From IMG/VR virus record IMGVR_UViG_3300049043_000117, positions 32,001 through 96,000 of that record: a stretch of DNA of 64,000 nucleotides, one strand, 5' to 3'. Shown here piece by piece: positions 38,154 through 52,985 of this stretch (within the stretch, counting starts at the first letter, position 1; each line of letters starts with the position of its first letter). The notes beneath the pieces were generated by a model that worked only from the letters and a program-made list of their open reading frames with translations, had not been told where the DNA came from and ran no database searches. The position numbers and the translations under genes were made by a program. Source of the stretch: a virus.

Positions 38154-39748
38154 TTAGAACTCCAATACAATTTTGATATCTTCTTTTTGATTAGAAGATC
38201 TTGGAATGGGTTGTCGGTTATCCAAATAAATAATATCTCCAGATTTTTTATTATACTCAGGAGAAGAAATTCCCGATACAAATTCTTGACCCAACTGATA
38301 TATTCTATTATTTATTGTGGTAGTAACACCACTAAAATTTGAATTTATTGATAATGTTGGTCCAGTAATAGATGAACAACTAATTGTCAATCCATATCCA
38401 GGATCTGGATTAGAAGTAAATGAAATAATTTTAAATCCTGTTTCGCTTGAAAGCTAGTCCAGTTGGTTGATAATACTTTAAAACTCCAGTTATTGAGTCC
38501 CAGGACGCAACAAATCCGAGGCGGTAGATCCCAATCCAACAGTTTGTTTAATGATAGAGTCTACAGCATATGTCGTATTAGTTGTAACACCAGACAATTT
38601 TAAAGTGTTTAATCCGCTTACAAGAGATGAGTTTAATAATTGGGTACTACTTCCAATTATTGTTGGATTTTTTATTATTCCAACTCTAGCAAAATCATTT
38701 CCCAAAATAATATCCGGAATTATTTTCTAAAGTTTCATATCTAGAATATAATAAAACTCTATAAGCCCAAGTTCTCTATAAATGTCATATCCATGACCAC
38801 CCTTGGGGGGATAATGACATTAAAAGAAGCAATAGAAGTAGTTCCAATCCCGTATTACTAAGTTGTCGCAATGGGTCCGTTATATCTGATCCTGGGTACC
38901 TGGATAAAATTTAACAGTTCCGAAAGTATATCCCTTTCCACCATCAGTAACAAAAACTTCAGATACTTTACCAAAAGAGTCAATAGTAATTGTTGCTTTA
39001 CCTCCAGTTCCATCCCCTAATATGGGGACATTCGAAAAAGATGTAGAAATTGGTTGATAGTTGGACCCCCTATTGTTTATGAGAATAACTTCAACTTTTC
39101 CATCAAGGCATTATTTTTTGTAGATATGGACTCTCCGGCATTTCCCCAATCTTCCGGAAACGGGAATAAATTCAATAGAATCAAATTTTATAATTTCAGA
39201 AGGTTTAATAGTATACAAATACTTCCAAACATAACCATCTCCACTAGTCTCCCAGCGACCTTAGGTTCCAAATCAATGAAAGTAGACTGGTCAAAAGAAG
39301 GTCTACCTTTTGGGTTTTCCGGATCTGTTCCATTTTGTAAACATATGTAGACTCTCAAATCTTCATTTATTACATAATAATTTGATTCGTATAAACTTGT
39401 TTGGGAAGTAACCGAAGTTACATTGAATACATTGTAATCATGTCTATACATCTCATAGGTATTTCCAGGAACCCAATTAACCTTTCTAACAAGTCTTCTT
39501 ACATCTTGATTAGAAATTTGTTTTAAAGATATGATACTTTCTTTAACTTGATATTCCTCTCTAAACCCATCAACTGGAGAAGGAGTATTTGTAGTCCAAG
39601 TGGGAGAACCGCCTGCAGCAGGATTATTACTATTTGGCAACCCAATGAAGGTATAATATTTGTTTGAAGTATTACCTACTCCAGAAATACTTTTTACAAA
39701 ATTTTCTGCATTTAGAATTCTAAACTGATCTGATATTATAGCTGGCAT
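38154..39748 (-). CDS. gp8: Baseplate wedge subunit gp8-like; frameshifted
   Basis: MPAIISDQFRILNAENF; YEMYRHDY; YYVINEDLRVYICLQNG; SGDIIYLDNRQPIPRSSNQKEDIKIVLEF*. Confidence 0.9.
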
Positions 39749-39780
39749 TTTAGAACATACTTTTTTTATTTAGTTCGATT

Positions 39781-42700
39781 TCAGTTACTTATTATGCTTC
39801 TGGTTCTTATAATTTTTGGAGATGAAGAAATTCCAGAAATTCCATTATCATTAAAAACTGGAAAAGTTTTTGGATCTCCCAAAATTCTATTTTGATAGTC
39901 ATAAATTTTAATCCCAACTATACCTACCATAATAATTATTTGTTCCAACTCCAGTATTGTTTGAACCTCTTGTATAAACTTTAACATAATCATCAACCAT
40001 AGGTGCAAAATTACAAGTAACTGTAACAATTCCAACTGATGGAGATGTTATATCTTCTACTATATAAACCCCGTCTATAAAAGATTTTGCTATTCCAATT
40101 TTTGAGTTTGGATAGTTGCTCATGCCACCAAGAAGTGTGGTAATGCCAACCAGATTTCCACCAATTTCAACATTACTATCGGTGATTACGAAATAATCGC
40201 CTTTGGATAACTGACTATTTGTAATTCCAAAAATATTCAATGAAGAATATCCGACTCCTAAAGTACTATTATCATATTGTTCAGATTTTAATGTGAAAGA
40301 AATTTTTGGAGAAGTTGTTCCAATACCAGGAGTTCCGGTAAATGTATGTAGTAATTCCAATAATTATTCCATGATCACCGACAACTTTAAATGATTTCAC
40401 TAATTCTGTATTACAGCTGTCTGGTTCTACTATTACTGGTGGAGAAGTATTAAAATTATAACCAAATCCAGAATTTAAAACTTGTATTGAAGTAACAACT
40501 CCAGAAGTTACATTAGAAATAGTGTAGCTCTATTATAAATTGGTTCTGCGTATATCGCAGTGGCTCCAGACCCTATCGCAACATATCTACCATCAGAGCC
40601 AAGATTATCAACAAATACTAAATCATTAATAAAATTTGCCTGTGATGTTGATCTATAAATCCAGTTACTTAGGTCAAAGGAATAATACAAGTCTCCTATT
40701 GCTGTTACAATTATATAAAAACCATAGTTGTAACAAATATTTACTATATTTGGAACTCCAAGGTTATTTGAAATAACTTCATAAGAATTTCTATTTATTG
40801 ATCGAATAATAATGCCATAGTCTCCGAGAGCAATAAATTTTCCATCAGCATAAATGACTTTATTTAAATTGGTATTTACTGGGGAACTTACAAATTCCCA
40901 AATATTTCCATTATTAGAAGTCCTTATAATACCATCATTTCCTACGGTAACAAAATATTCGATCTGCAAAAGTTACACTATTTAAATTCGATAAAGTCTC
41001 AGAAAATCTATTAACAAAGGAATCTGTACCTACTCCCGTTCCAACAAATATTGATCCTCCAGCTCCAACCGTAACCCAAGTATCTGTAATACTAGAATAT
41101 GCAATTTGATTAAATGTTCCAGTGTAACCACTACTTACTCTATTAACCACCCCAAATCCCGGAAATTGAAACATCTTCTTTCAGAGGAATTTGTGACCAA
41201 GACGATATATTATTTCCATAATCTGTTGCCTTTATTATTTGTCCAAGATTTCCAACCGAGATTAAGAAATTGCTCGTTCCAACTCCAACAGATTCTAAAG
41301 AGTTGAAATTGGAAGATTGCCCAAATCCAACTGTAGAGACTTGCCAATTTATTCCATCAAAACTTGTAGCGTATATGGAGTTATTTCCAACAGAAACAAA
41401 TCTATCATTATACTTAATAGATTTTAAATCATATGAAGTTGATATTCCAACAACTCCTTGCCAATTAAAAATGGGATCTTTTCTGAGAATGTAAGACTCC
41501 GAAATAATTACTTTGGGCGATTGCGTATTAGTGTATCCGACACCATTATCTACAATAGTAATAGAAGAAATAGTAGAGGAAGCAGATACAACACATTCAG
41601 CTAGACATTCCCGAATAGATCTATTTTCTAAAATTAATATGTCTCTGACATCTTCTGTAAGACCATCTAAGTCGGAAAATAGTGGATATGCATTATCAAC
41701 ATATATTACAGCATCTGTAGGTTCAATTTTTTTAATAACAGTTGCAAAAGGATTAATATTACTTTGCAAATTGGGTCTTGATTTAGAATACAATGAACCA
41801 TTAATAACTGTATCGTTAAGTTGTTTTTTCCAAGAAAGAGGTCTGATTTTTGTTGGATCTGTATTAATACCTATAGAATAATAATTAAATGTTTCTAACT
41901 GATCTGAGGAGGTAATTTTTTTGACAACCCTATCAAACTGAGAAATATCAAAAAGATCTTCTGGATTTTCTTCTATTGTTATTAGGTCACCGGGTTTAAT
42001 TGTTTTTGGTGGAATAACCAATTCTACATCTGCAGAAGATCCTCTATAGTATAAAACCACACACTTAGATCCTTCTTTAGGTGCTTCAGTAAATACTACT
42101 CTTGTTCCCGAAAATGTATACGATACATTGGGCACTTGTAAAATATCATTTATGTATATAAAAATATTATTAGTTAAGTCTAAATCAGTTCCTTCGGCAA
42201 CTCTTAATCCCAAAACTTGTCTTACTCCATTTATAGTAGTTGTAAGTGTGAATTTCTTTCTAAATCCATTAAAAAATTGAGAAATATCATCAAATTGTAT
42301 GAATTGTCCCGGAATAAAATCCAGAAAAACTATCTCTTTCAACTTCTTCAACCGTCAAAACTAATGGGTAAAAGGGCAGTGTTGCATCAGTTGGAATTCC
42401 GATTGGAGATAATTTATCTTCGGTTTTATATCCTATTCCAGGATTATCAAATTTATATGAAATTACACTAGAACCCATACCAATTTCAACCGAAAGTCTG
42501 GCTCTTTTGTCCTACTCCAGAAGTTCCACCAGTATATCCCAAACTTAAATTACTATATCCAGTTGGTATTCCTATTAAAACTTCTGGAAGTGACGTTGTT
42601 GTATATCCAGTTCCAGCATTAATAATTGTAAATCCAGAAATTGTTCCAGCAGCACTCACTACCGCTATCACACTTGCTCCAGCCCCAACTGTGGATGCAA

Positions 42701-45700
42701 TACTAACTGTGGGTAGAGATCTATATCCAAATCCAGGTCCAATAACAATAACATTACTAATAGTACCAGCAGCAGAAACTACAACTGTAGCTGCTGCTCC
42801 AATTCTAGGAGAATATCCATAACTAGTTGATATAGACACTTTTGATATTTTTCCAGCACTAGGAGTTCCAGATAAAAACCTAATTACGTTTGTTCCTACT
42901 CCATCGACGGTATAATCACTCGTTGGATTTTGGAATACATTGTTGATAAGAACTATAGGATTATTATTGATATTAGTAGAACTGTTTACATTATTGAAAA
43001 TAGTGTTCGTATTTTGTCCACCAGACTTTAGAGTAAATTCTGTTGCGGCAATACCTGTAAAAGATAATGATATATCATCAAATAGAATATTTTTATCCTG
43101 TGGTATAGTTGGATCAAACCTTCTACTAAAAACTCTACCACCAAATGTAGATCCCGTTTCCAATCCAACTGGCCCAATTTGTCCACTGGGCGCTCGATCA
43201 AAATATATTACATCTCCTACAACATTAAAATTACCAGAAAGAATAGTGCCTGAAGCACCAACTGTATGTGCAGATGCAACTGTGCCAAAATAACCACGAA
43301 TAACTTCTACTTGATTTGAAGAAGATATTCCAATAGATCTAACAGAAATGTATTCATCGTCGATATTAATAATATCATTAATAGATAGAGAAGAAATTCC
43401 AGAAGAAATATTTATTATTGTAGTTGGAGCTGATGAAACACTAGAAGCAAAAGAAACTGATAATGATTTTCTTGCTACAGCTTTTGTATTATTCCATCTA
43501 TACTAATAATTACACTAGAATTGGGTTCTTTGTAAGAAAGAGAATGTGTTGATGTGCCCACACCAACTATATCTAAAAATACACTTGTTGACAGTCCAGA
43601 AAGTTTAAATTCATTGTCATTTAACTTATAAACAAATACCGATGTTGGTAAAATTTTAGTTCCAAGTTCTAATGGTTTAAATGACAAATTGTCCTTAGAA
43701 CCACTTCCACCAATGTAAGTTCCCGCTATTGAAATTGTGGAATTTGAATTATATCCAGATCCACCATTTAAAACTTTAACATAATTAATTTCGCCATCAT
43801 TGTCCCTAGAAACATCAAAAGTGGCTCCAGAAAAATCATTAGAAGGAACTGATGTATAACTTTGATTTAGCTTCTGATTGTATTACTGTTGGGCTGATTT
43901 GAGAAATTATAAAACTCAAATTATTTGTTGGATTAGTTCCGCCAAAATTTGTTCCAGCTATAGAAACCGGTTGTCCTACAAAATAATTACTTCCACCTTT
44001 TTTCAAAATTATAGATGTACTTATTGGAATTCCAGATCCATTGTAAGAGATCAACACATTAAATCTTGCATCAGTTCCAAGACCAGTTGTATTTACTCCT
44101 ACTACTTGGGTATATTGAATAACAGTGGATGGAGTGCCATTAGGAACTGTTCCGGAAACACTAGTGCTGAATAGTTACATCATATCCATTTTCAAATATT
44201 GCGGTTCCATTAAATTGATAAACATTCAATAATACATCACGATTGCCCGAAACGTAGGAAGTTGTAGCAATTCCAATTGGACTTGCACCATTATATGAAT
44301 AAATTAATTCTTGTTCCGGATTGAAAATTATGATTTGGAATAATAAATGTGTTGTTAGTTATGTCAATGGAACTACCAGAAAATTCATGTTTAAAAAGAG
44401 ATATTCCTTTATTTTTCAACTTAAAGGTAGTTAATCCAACTACAGATCCCCCTCTAGTTAATGACGGATAAGTTATTGTATTTGGTTTTGCGGTTGTACC
44501 TATACCAATTATTGATGTGATTATTCCAACATAATTTCCTATTGTTGTCCAAACATCTGCACAACAATTTTCACTATATGTTGGGTTACAATTCCACATT
44601 CGAGCTGAAATTGAAGAATTAATATATTGAGTCGTTGATATAAATGCACGTTGTACTGTACCACCACTTACATAATTATGAGTTATTGTCGAAGGCCCTG
44701 GATTAACTTTGAATGTAAAACTATTAATAACTTCAACTTGATATACAAACCCTTTTGGAGATAAAGTACCATTTCCATCGGGCCCAGATCCTAGACTTGG
44801 GAAAATAGCGGTGTTTAGGCAGCCTCCAGAATTACACGAAAATACTATATTTTTTAAAACAACATATTGTGTAGTTGTTGTAGATAATCCATGAGCACCA
44901 GATGTAACAATGGTTGTTATTCCTGTTATATTATTATAAGTTGCTGTAGAAATTGATATAGTATTTCCAGCTGATAAGATGTTTTAACTCCTACATTATT
45001 AATAATGTATTTTGATAAATCTATAATATAATTAAATCCAGCAATAGTTTCTGTAGATATACCCGATATAAAACTAGTGCCCAATCCACTCCAATAAGAC
45101 AATCCAACTCCGACAGACTCATTATTTGAACCATACTTAATATCATTGGAGATTGCACTTACAACATACTGAATTTCTGTTTTAAAAGTTGATCTATTCC
45201 AGTTTGGATTTGTAGTAATTCCAGGATAAACAGAAGTTATAAATCCAACAACTTCTTCTTGAATAAATTCGGTGTTTAACTCTAATAAATCTGAAGCATC
45301 AGCAAATCTACCCACCAAAGATTGTTCTGTAGTTCCATCAAACTGATCACTTATGTCATCTATTGATATAACTTTATTGGTTCTATTGATGATATAAGAA
45401 GTTAGATCAATTCCTTGGTCAAAAAATACACTTTGAGTAGACCCATCAACTAATAAATCTTCTTCATAAACTCTAGCAAAATTTTTCTTAAGACTTAAAG
45501 GCACTATTTGATCAATATTAATGAATGAAAAAGAATCTGTTAATGAATAGCCTCGGCTTCATATTTGAAGATTTTGCAATTCCTAAATTAACTTCATTTA
45601 AGGTTGGTTTAGTAAAAATTTGTAAATCAGAAAATTCTTTAAACCCCGATGGGTGAACAATAGATCTTACCGATTCTCTCCAAACATTATATGGTATATC

Positions 45701-48700
45701 TCCTTTGATTGAATAGGAAAATTTTTGATAATAAAAATTATCTGATATTCTTTGAAGATAATCATTTAAAATACCAGAAGAAAAATCTATAGAAGAAGTT
45801 TTATCTCTAGAAACCCCCAAAGTAGCATATAGATTTAATACATCAAAGTATTCAATTGTCCCATTAATTTTAGATATTTCTCCAAAAATTTTATCTCCAA
45901 CATTTATTTCACCAGAAATATCTTTTAATCTCATTTGATTGATATTGTTATCCCAACCATTTTCCATTACTGTACCAAAAAATGTTTCGGAAGAAACTTT
46001 TTCATTTGAAATATAATTAACATCATCTTTAAGTATCATATTAAATTGTGGCATGTCGGTTTTATTAATGACTACGCCCAAATATAGTTCATCAGAATAT
46101 GTACCAAAAGTTCCTGTTGAAATTCCGGTCATATCATAAGTTATAGTATTATTATCAGTACTAACTCCAATAACATTAAAAAATGAATAATCATATGAAG
46201 ATGAATTGAAGTTAGCCTGACTTAGTGTTGTGTTTGTTAATCTACAATTTTCAATAAAAATTTGGTCACCGATTTTAAATGGAAATACATAGTCGGTTCT
46301 TCCAAATCCAGAAGATATAAAAGGATTAAAACTGGGATTATTTGTCAATTCTAGTGTTACTGAATTGCCGGCAACAGAAATTGAATCAATTTCATATCCA
46401 TTTGAGTTATATGTTGAAACAATTTCCAAAGGAGGCAGACAGTGAAGTAGAATTTTTAATGATATCAACAGAAATTACTGCTCCTCCAGATACTTTACAC
46501 TCAAGGGCAATATTATCATCATTATTATTTTTTACTATTAATTTTGGAGCACTATTATATCGTTTACCTCCAGTAATAATTCCAATATAATCTATAGTTC
46601 TTATATCTTTAATTCCAATAACAGTTGGTACAGTTAGAGATGGTGAAAGCGTTGGATCTGTTGGATAATCAAATCCATCTTTAACTCTAGTAAACGATTC
46701 CACTCTTCCTATATTTGGTGATATAAGTTTTACTACTGCATTTTTTCCCAAAGAACTTTTAACTTCTCTAATATTGGGTAATTTTTTATATCCTCTACCT
46801 GGAAAATTAATTTTAAATTTGGATATTGGGCCCAATGCTGTGGTAGAATTAAGTTTTATATGATAGACTTGTTGAGTTTTGATTAATAATATTTCTCTCA
46901 TTAAATGTCAAATTTTTAGTATTAAAGAAAGAAAATGTTTTATCAGTAACTTCTACTATTTTAAATTTATCATTAAATTGATGATTTATTATGGAAATTT
47001 TGTTATAAGATTTTACACTATCATCCGAAGATATTTGATTTTTGCTTTCCTCAGGTGATCCCTTAGAAAATAAACTATAATATATTGGAAAAAATTGTGC
47101 TGAAAGATCCAAAATTACTTCTGGCACCAAATGATCCTGGAATTCCTTGTCTAGTCACAAAAAATCCACTTCTTTCATTAATTTTTTGTATAAAATTAGA
47201 ATCAAAATAGAATTGCAAATCGAGATCGGTTAAACTACTATCGGACAAGTCAAATTCTATTTTTGTAGTTCTTACACATGATATTTGTGGATTAATAAAG
47301 TGTAATTTTTGAGTTGCTGCCGCCTGTAGAAGAAAAATTAATGAAATTGGATTCTTTTATATCACTTTCATATTGACATAATTTTATAGAATTAGTATCA
47401 GTTTTTAAAACATAATAAATTCCATAATTAGTGAGACCATTTATAGGAGAACTTGAAATATAAACAACTTTATCTCCAGTTTCAATATTACCACTATATG
47501 AAGAAACATTTATTGAACTTTCAGATGTCGATACATTTGCATCAGAAAAAGATATTTCCCTCATCAAAACTTTTCTATTTACTGGATCAAAAATAACTTT
47601 AACCACTTCATTGTAATCTGTGGTCAATTTAAGAGTTATAACGTCACCTACGCTCAAATTGTGATTTGAAGTCGTTGTTATAATTCCAGATATTTTTTTA
47701 ATGCTTCCAGTAATTTTAGAATTTAAAGTCGTTAATGAATGTGCAGCACCAATAACTCCATAAGAAAATGTTTGATCCCAAAATTCTAAAGATCTTAGAT
47801 CAGTTCCAATTCCAATAAAACTTGTGAATCCGATTGTAGACAGATCCACATAATCATTTCCAAGATTTACTGCATAAACTGTTTGATTGTCTTGTAGTAT
47901 AAATGATACTGCAGATCCAACATTATTGACATATAGAGAAGTACCAACAAATCTCGAACCAGAATTGTAAATCAGTGGTTGGCCAGTATAAAATTTATGT
48001 GATGGTAGATATATACTTCTTGTGGGAATAATTCTAGTTTCTAAAGTTGTGGTTCCTAGTCCTATAACCGACCTAGTAGTAACACTTGTGCCAGATACCC
48101 ACAGAAAATTTTGGATCAAAAAATGTTGTATAGTTTTCAAACGTTACATCTGTAATTTGCCCCGTAGGAATTTTAAATTCTCTTGGCAGTAAAATTACAT
48201 TATCAATACCTGCCGTATGAATTCCAGTATTTTGGAGTCTATTTACATAAAACCCAGACCTTTTAATGTCTATGTCAGTAATTAATAAGACTTCTGTACC
48301 AATACCTATAAAATCATTGACTTTAAATCCATTAATATCTTTCAATTTTATAAAAGTTGATACTCCTGTAACAACTCTATTGCAATGTTGGATGATAGTT
48401 CGGACTCCTTTTCTTCGACTTTAGCATATTGAACGCCTTCAAAATTAGACGCAGTGATTGTTGATATTCCAGATATTAAAATTGGTTGGCCAGTTTTAAT
48501 TCCATGCGGAGAACTTGTTCTCACAGTAGTTTTTGGAACTTTTACAAAAAATTCTGCATTTAGTATTATATCCTCAGAAAGACTAAAATCTTCTATTTCT
48601 TTTCCTTCTAGTTCACTTACAACAATATTTGCATTGAATGCCATCAGTGTCTGATATATCGATGTCTATAGGATCGTTTATTTTGTAATTGTCTCCTGAA

Positions 48701-51700
48701 GAAAATATAGAAACGTCCTCTATTTTTCCAGAATTTATTGAATTTACATAAAATTCTTGTTTATAAGAATCGGATACTTTATCAATTAAATCATAATATG
48801 AATTACTTCTATTTAAATAGTATGGACCAACATTTCTTGTCAAATTTGTATTAAAAATATTAATATCTTGATTATATAAAGGTAAGAAATTTTCAATTAT
48901 TGGTTTTCCATAAAAATATGGTACCAACCACATATGGATATTTGGGAATTCGACTCATTTGAAGTATTAACATCTATGGTATGAAAATATGCGTATGTTC
49001 CATTAGGATATTCTGGAGTAATGCAAAATCTTCCATTATGTTGATCGAGATCTACCGGATCCATTATATTCATAATCATCAATAAAAAACCCACTTTCAA
49101 ACGATGGAGGTCTTATTCCTGGAGTCGAATTTATATTCAATACATAACTAGAATTCATTCTTCTTATGAATCCTCCAGTTGTTGTGTCATATGAATACGC
49201 ACCATAAATTGGGTTGCCATCATATAGCATATCCCAAAATCGGTGAGTGATTTAATATTCCAGAACTTTCTTTATTTGAATCTGTAAAATTATCAGATAA
49301 TTGGTATCTTAATTTTTTGGGAATATAAAAATTAAAAAATTGCAGTTGCTAAATCAGGAATTCTTACTTAGGAAAAGTACCCCATCATCCTCTTCGGAAA
49401 TAATATTTTTAGATTTTAAAACCTGATTTATTTTCCATTCTTTAACATTGGCTGAAGAATTTAGCATCTTGTCCTCTATTTTTTAAAGTAAGTATTGTAT
49501 TTGAAGAATTATATCCGATACCACCAAAAACAATATTAACGGCAGAGAGTCTACCATCCCGAACTATAGGTTCTATTTGAGCATATTTACCATCACCAAA
49601 AATTACTATTTCAGAATTTTCTCTAAAACCCCCTCCCCTATTAATAATTTGTACATCAACGATTGATCCATTGATAATAATTGGTTTTAAAATTACTTCT
49701 GTTGTTATACTTGCAATTCCAATATTGGGTCTTCTATGAAAATTGATAATATCTGTACAACCATAACCAATTCCTCCGTCTTCCAAATAAACATCTTCAA
49801 TTGTTCCTAATACAATTGGTTTAAGTTCAGCTTTTTATTATTGTTGTAGATCCAACAGCAGACTTCAGCTTCAACAAGTATTTCAATTGGCGGATATCCT
49901 GATAGTATGTGTACCAACTCCTAAAGAATTTAATTTTACAAATTTATTTTTTAAATAATTTTCGATTATTTAAAGTTGTTCCAATTCCCAGCTTCATAAA
50001 GTCTAAATTTATTGACATCAATAATTTTGACATAATAATGAATAGAAGTTGATAATCCACTTATTGGTGAACCTTCACAGGAATATTTTACAATCTCAGC
50101 ATTTTAAAATCCGTGATTTCTAGCAAAAATATATGAATCAAAAGTATTAATTCCAGAAGTTCTATTGTCTTCCAGAAAGAACGGATGGAATTTTTATCTT
50201 TCTGTTAGAGTATCCTTTGCCAGGATTTTTAACATAAATTTTAGTAAAAGTATTTTTATTTTTTAATGTTGTTATAAAATGAAATCCCGAAGAAATTCCT
50301 GTGATATTAATTTCATTTACTTTTCGTAAGGCATCCGTTCTACTATTATAAAGTTTAATTGTATTGGAGGTTACAATGCCCACAAAGTATACAGAATCAT
50401 TTATAATTCCGGTTAAATTAGAGTTTTGATTAGAATCGTAAACAACCTCCTCACCATCTTCAAATGGAATAGTATTTAAAAACTGTATTGTATTGTCTAC
50501 TGTACTCACATTTAGATCAGCTTAAATCCTGCAGAGATTCTTGTTTTAACAAAATTAGATTCTAACAAACACCCTACACCATTTCCGCCTGTTATGGTGA
50601 TTTTTGGTTTCTCTTGATAACCATATCCGGCACTTAATATTTTAACTTCTTCAACTATACCTGAAATATTTAAATGGGCTTTTGCTCCAGTTCCAGTTTC
50701 ATCAATTATTTCTATGGGTGGAACATCTATTACATCATAATTTTGTCCAGAATTTGTAACATCAATTGATGTTAAATTTCCATAGTAAATATTTTCATCA
50801 AACAAATTAGAAGATAACAATTCAACTCCATTTACCAACAGACCAATAGCTCTATTAAATGTTGTTCTTTCATTTAGATCATCAAATACCTCTTTTTGTC
50901 TACCATTGTTAAAAGAAAATTTCTTTAGTAATTTTTGATTTTTTATCGTTTTATTTTGATATTCAGATCGATATAGAGTATCACTAGTTACTGAGAAGTA
51001 GTCTGAATGTATTTTTTTGAAAAAATGTCAGACTTACTATATGATAATTTTAATCTATTATTATCAATTTTTGTGACATAATATAATCCTGTCATTATTC
51101 CAGAAGAAGTTTGTGGTTCGTAATAAATCAATTCACCACTTAAATAATTATGATTATTAACATTAAATGTATCTGTTACAGAAACACCTGCAATAGTAGA
51201 TGCAATTTTTCTGTTATCGTTCGGAAAAATAGTGTAATTTGGTAATCCAGATGAGTGCTACATAAAAATACTTTTGAATCTGCAGTCAATATATGTATTT
51301 TGAACTCCTGCGGGTAGTAGAATTTATATTATCGAAAAATAATCACTGTTATAATGATTTACTTTATATATTTTCTTGCATATTATAGAATTTAATAGGA
51401 TTAAAAGATCCTGTAGAGTTTACTAACTTGAACTAAAAGTCTTATTGCTATATTTTTTAATCTGGTCAGATGGAGAATACTCAACAGATATTACTTCAAC
51501 TTCCAAAGTATTTATTACCAAAGCATCTACTGAGTAAAATTTATCTCACCTTGATAAAAATAAATTTTATCAAATAAATTCGATTCTATATTTTGTAGAG
51601 TCAACTTGAGATATATTATTTTGATGTTGGTGATTAGTTGGAATATTATAAATCCAACTATTAAATTCGTATTGATTATACAAATACTTTACCAAATCCG

Positions 51701-52984
51701 GAAATAAAGAGATATTATCTCCAACTCTTAAATTTGATGTTTTTGAAAAATCAATATTATCAATTACATTTACAACTCTAAATTCTAACTTTTGATGTAT
51801 TTCCAACTACCAACATATCCAAAAGCTAAATTTTTCTTCAATTAAATCCAAGACCAAAATCTAAAAATTTAGTTACATTCGTAACACCAGTAAATTGATT
51901 GACTATTTTTCCTGATATAACTAATTTGAGATATAGTCAGAATTTTTTGGTTTAACTAAAAGAGTTCCAGAGTTAGCTAAACCCTACAGTTGAATCAACT
52001 AAAATAGTATTATTATTAATTTGAAACATCTTCCAATATTCTAGTTTTTCCAGAAACCTCAAAATTCCCACTGAATGAAGTACTATCTAGAGAAATTTCA
52101 TAAAATGTTTTATTATCTACTGGTCTATATTCAACATTAAAAACTGAAGCACTAACTGTTCCAATACCAGGTATTGTTTGGAATAAAAAATTACCCTTTA
52201 CTCCTATAGGATCTCCTCCAGAAATTTTCTCTACTAATATATTTTTTGTTATAAAATACGAATTTGAGGATGGATGAGATAGTATAATCTTGTGGTTTTA
52301 TTATTTCAATATCCGATACCATATAAAATTTTAAACAATAAGTTTATACGATAAATCTGTTCCCTTGGAGGTATATAAATCTTTGATTTTATAAATTACA
52401 TTTTCAATAGATAATATCTTCATAAAAATTTCTGGACTCAAAACCAGGTAAAAATTCATACTTAAAATTTTCAAAAAATTTAACCAAAAATAAGTTACTT
52501 AAATTTAGAACTAGCACTTCCACTCAGAATGTTCTATAGCACTGTGTAGATGAAAATATCAGAAAACTCTGGATTGTCAAGAGATTCTAAATTTTCAATT
52601 CCACTAAATCCCCTAATACAATTCTAGAAAAGAAGTTTCAGTTTTTGACAATATAAGTAATAATTTCATCATTTATTTTCAATAGATCCATAAGAATCTG
52701 GACCAACCATCTAGTAGATGTCAACATTTATTGACATCATCAAAAGACTTAAAGCATCAGATGTTAAAGTAGTTTGTTCTGTCAGATCAAAATTATTAAA
52801 TATTTTGGAATTTTTATACTTTGTAATATTTGCAACAATGTCAATAGAACCAGATTGATGTTCTAGATGAATATATAATACTGCTCTAAAAACTCTGCAA
52901 GAAGAGGCGATTCTATAGATCAAAAATTCTGGAATTTGAGTATTCAATAATAGTACTGATTTTAACTCTTTTAATTTCTGACAT
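39781..52984 (-). CDS. gp7: Giant baseplate wedge initiator gp7-like (~4,400 aa) with accessory domains; many frameshifts
   Basis: MSEIKRVKIS..IPEF N-terminus; IKDLYTSKGT; DNFYYQKFSYSIKG..VRSIVHPSGFKEFSD; YHYH-like DGNPIYG..NGRFCITPEYPNGTYAYF; C-terminal YYGRYSW. Located between gp6 and gp8. It could be more than one gene. Confidence 0.8.
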
Positions 52985-52985
52985 T

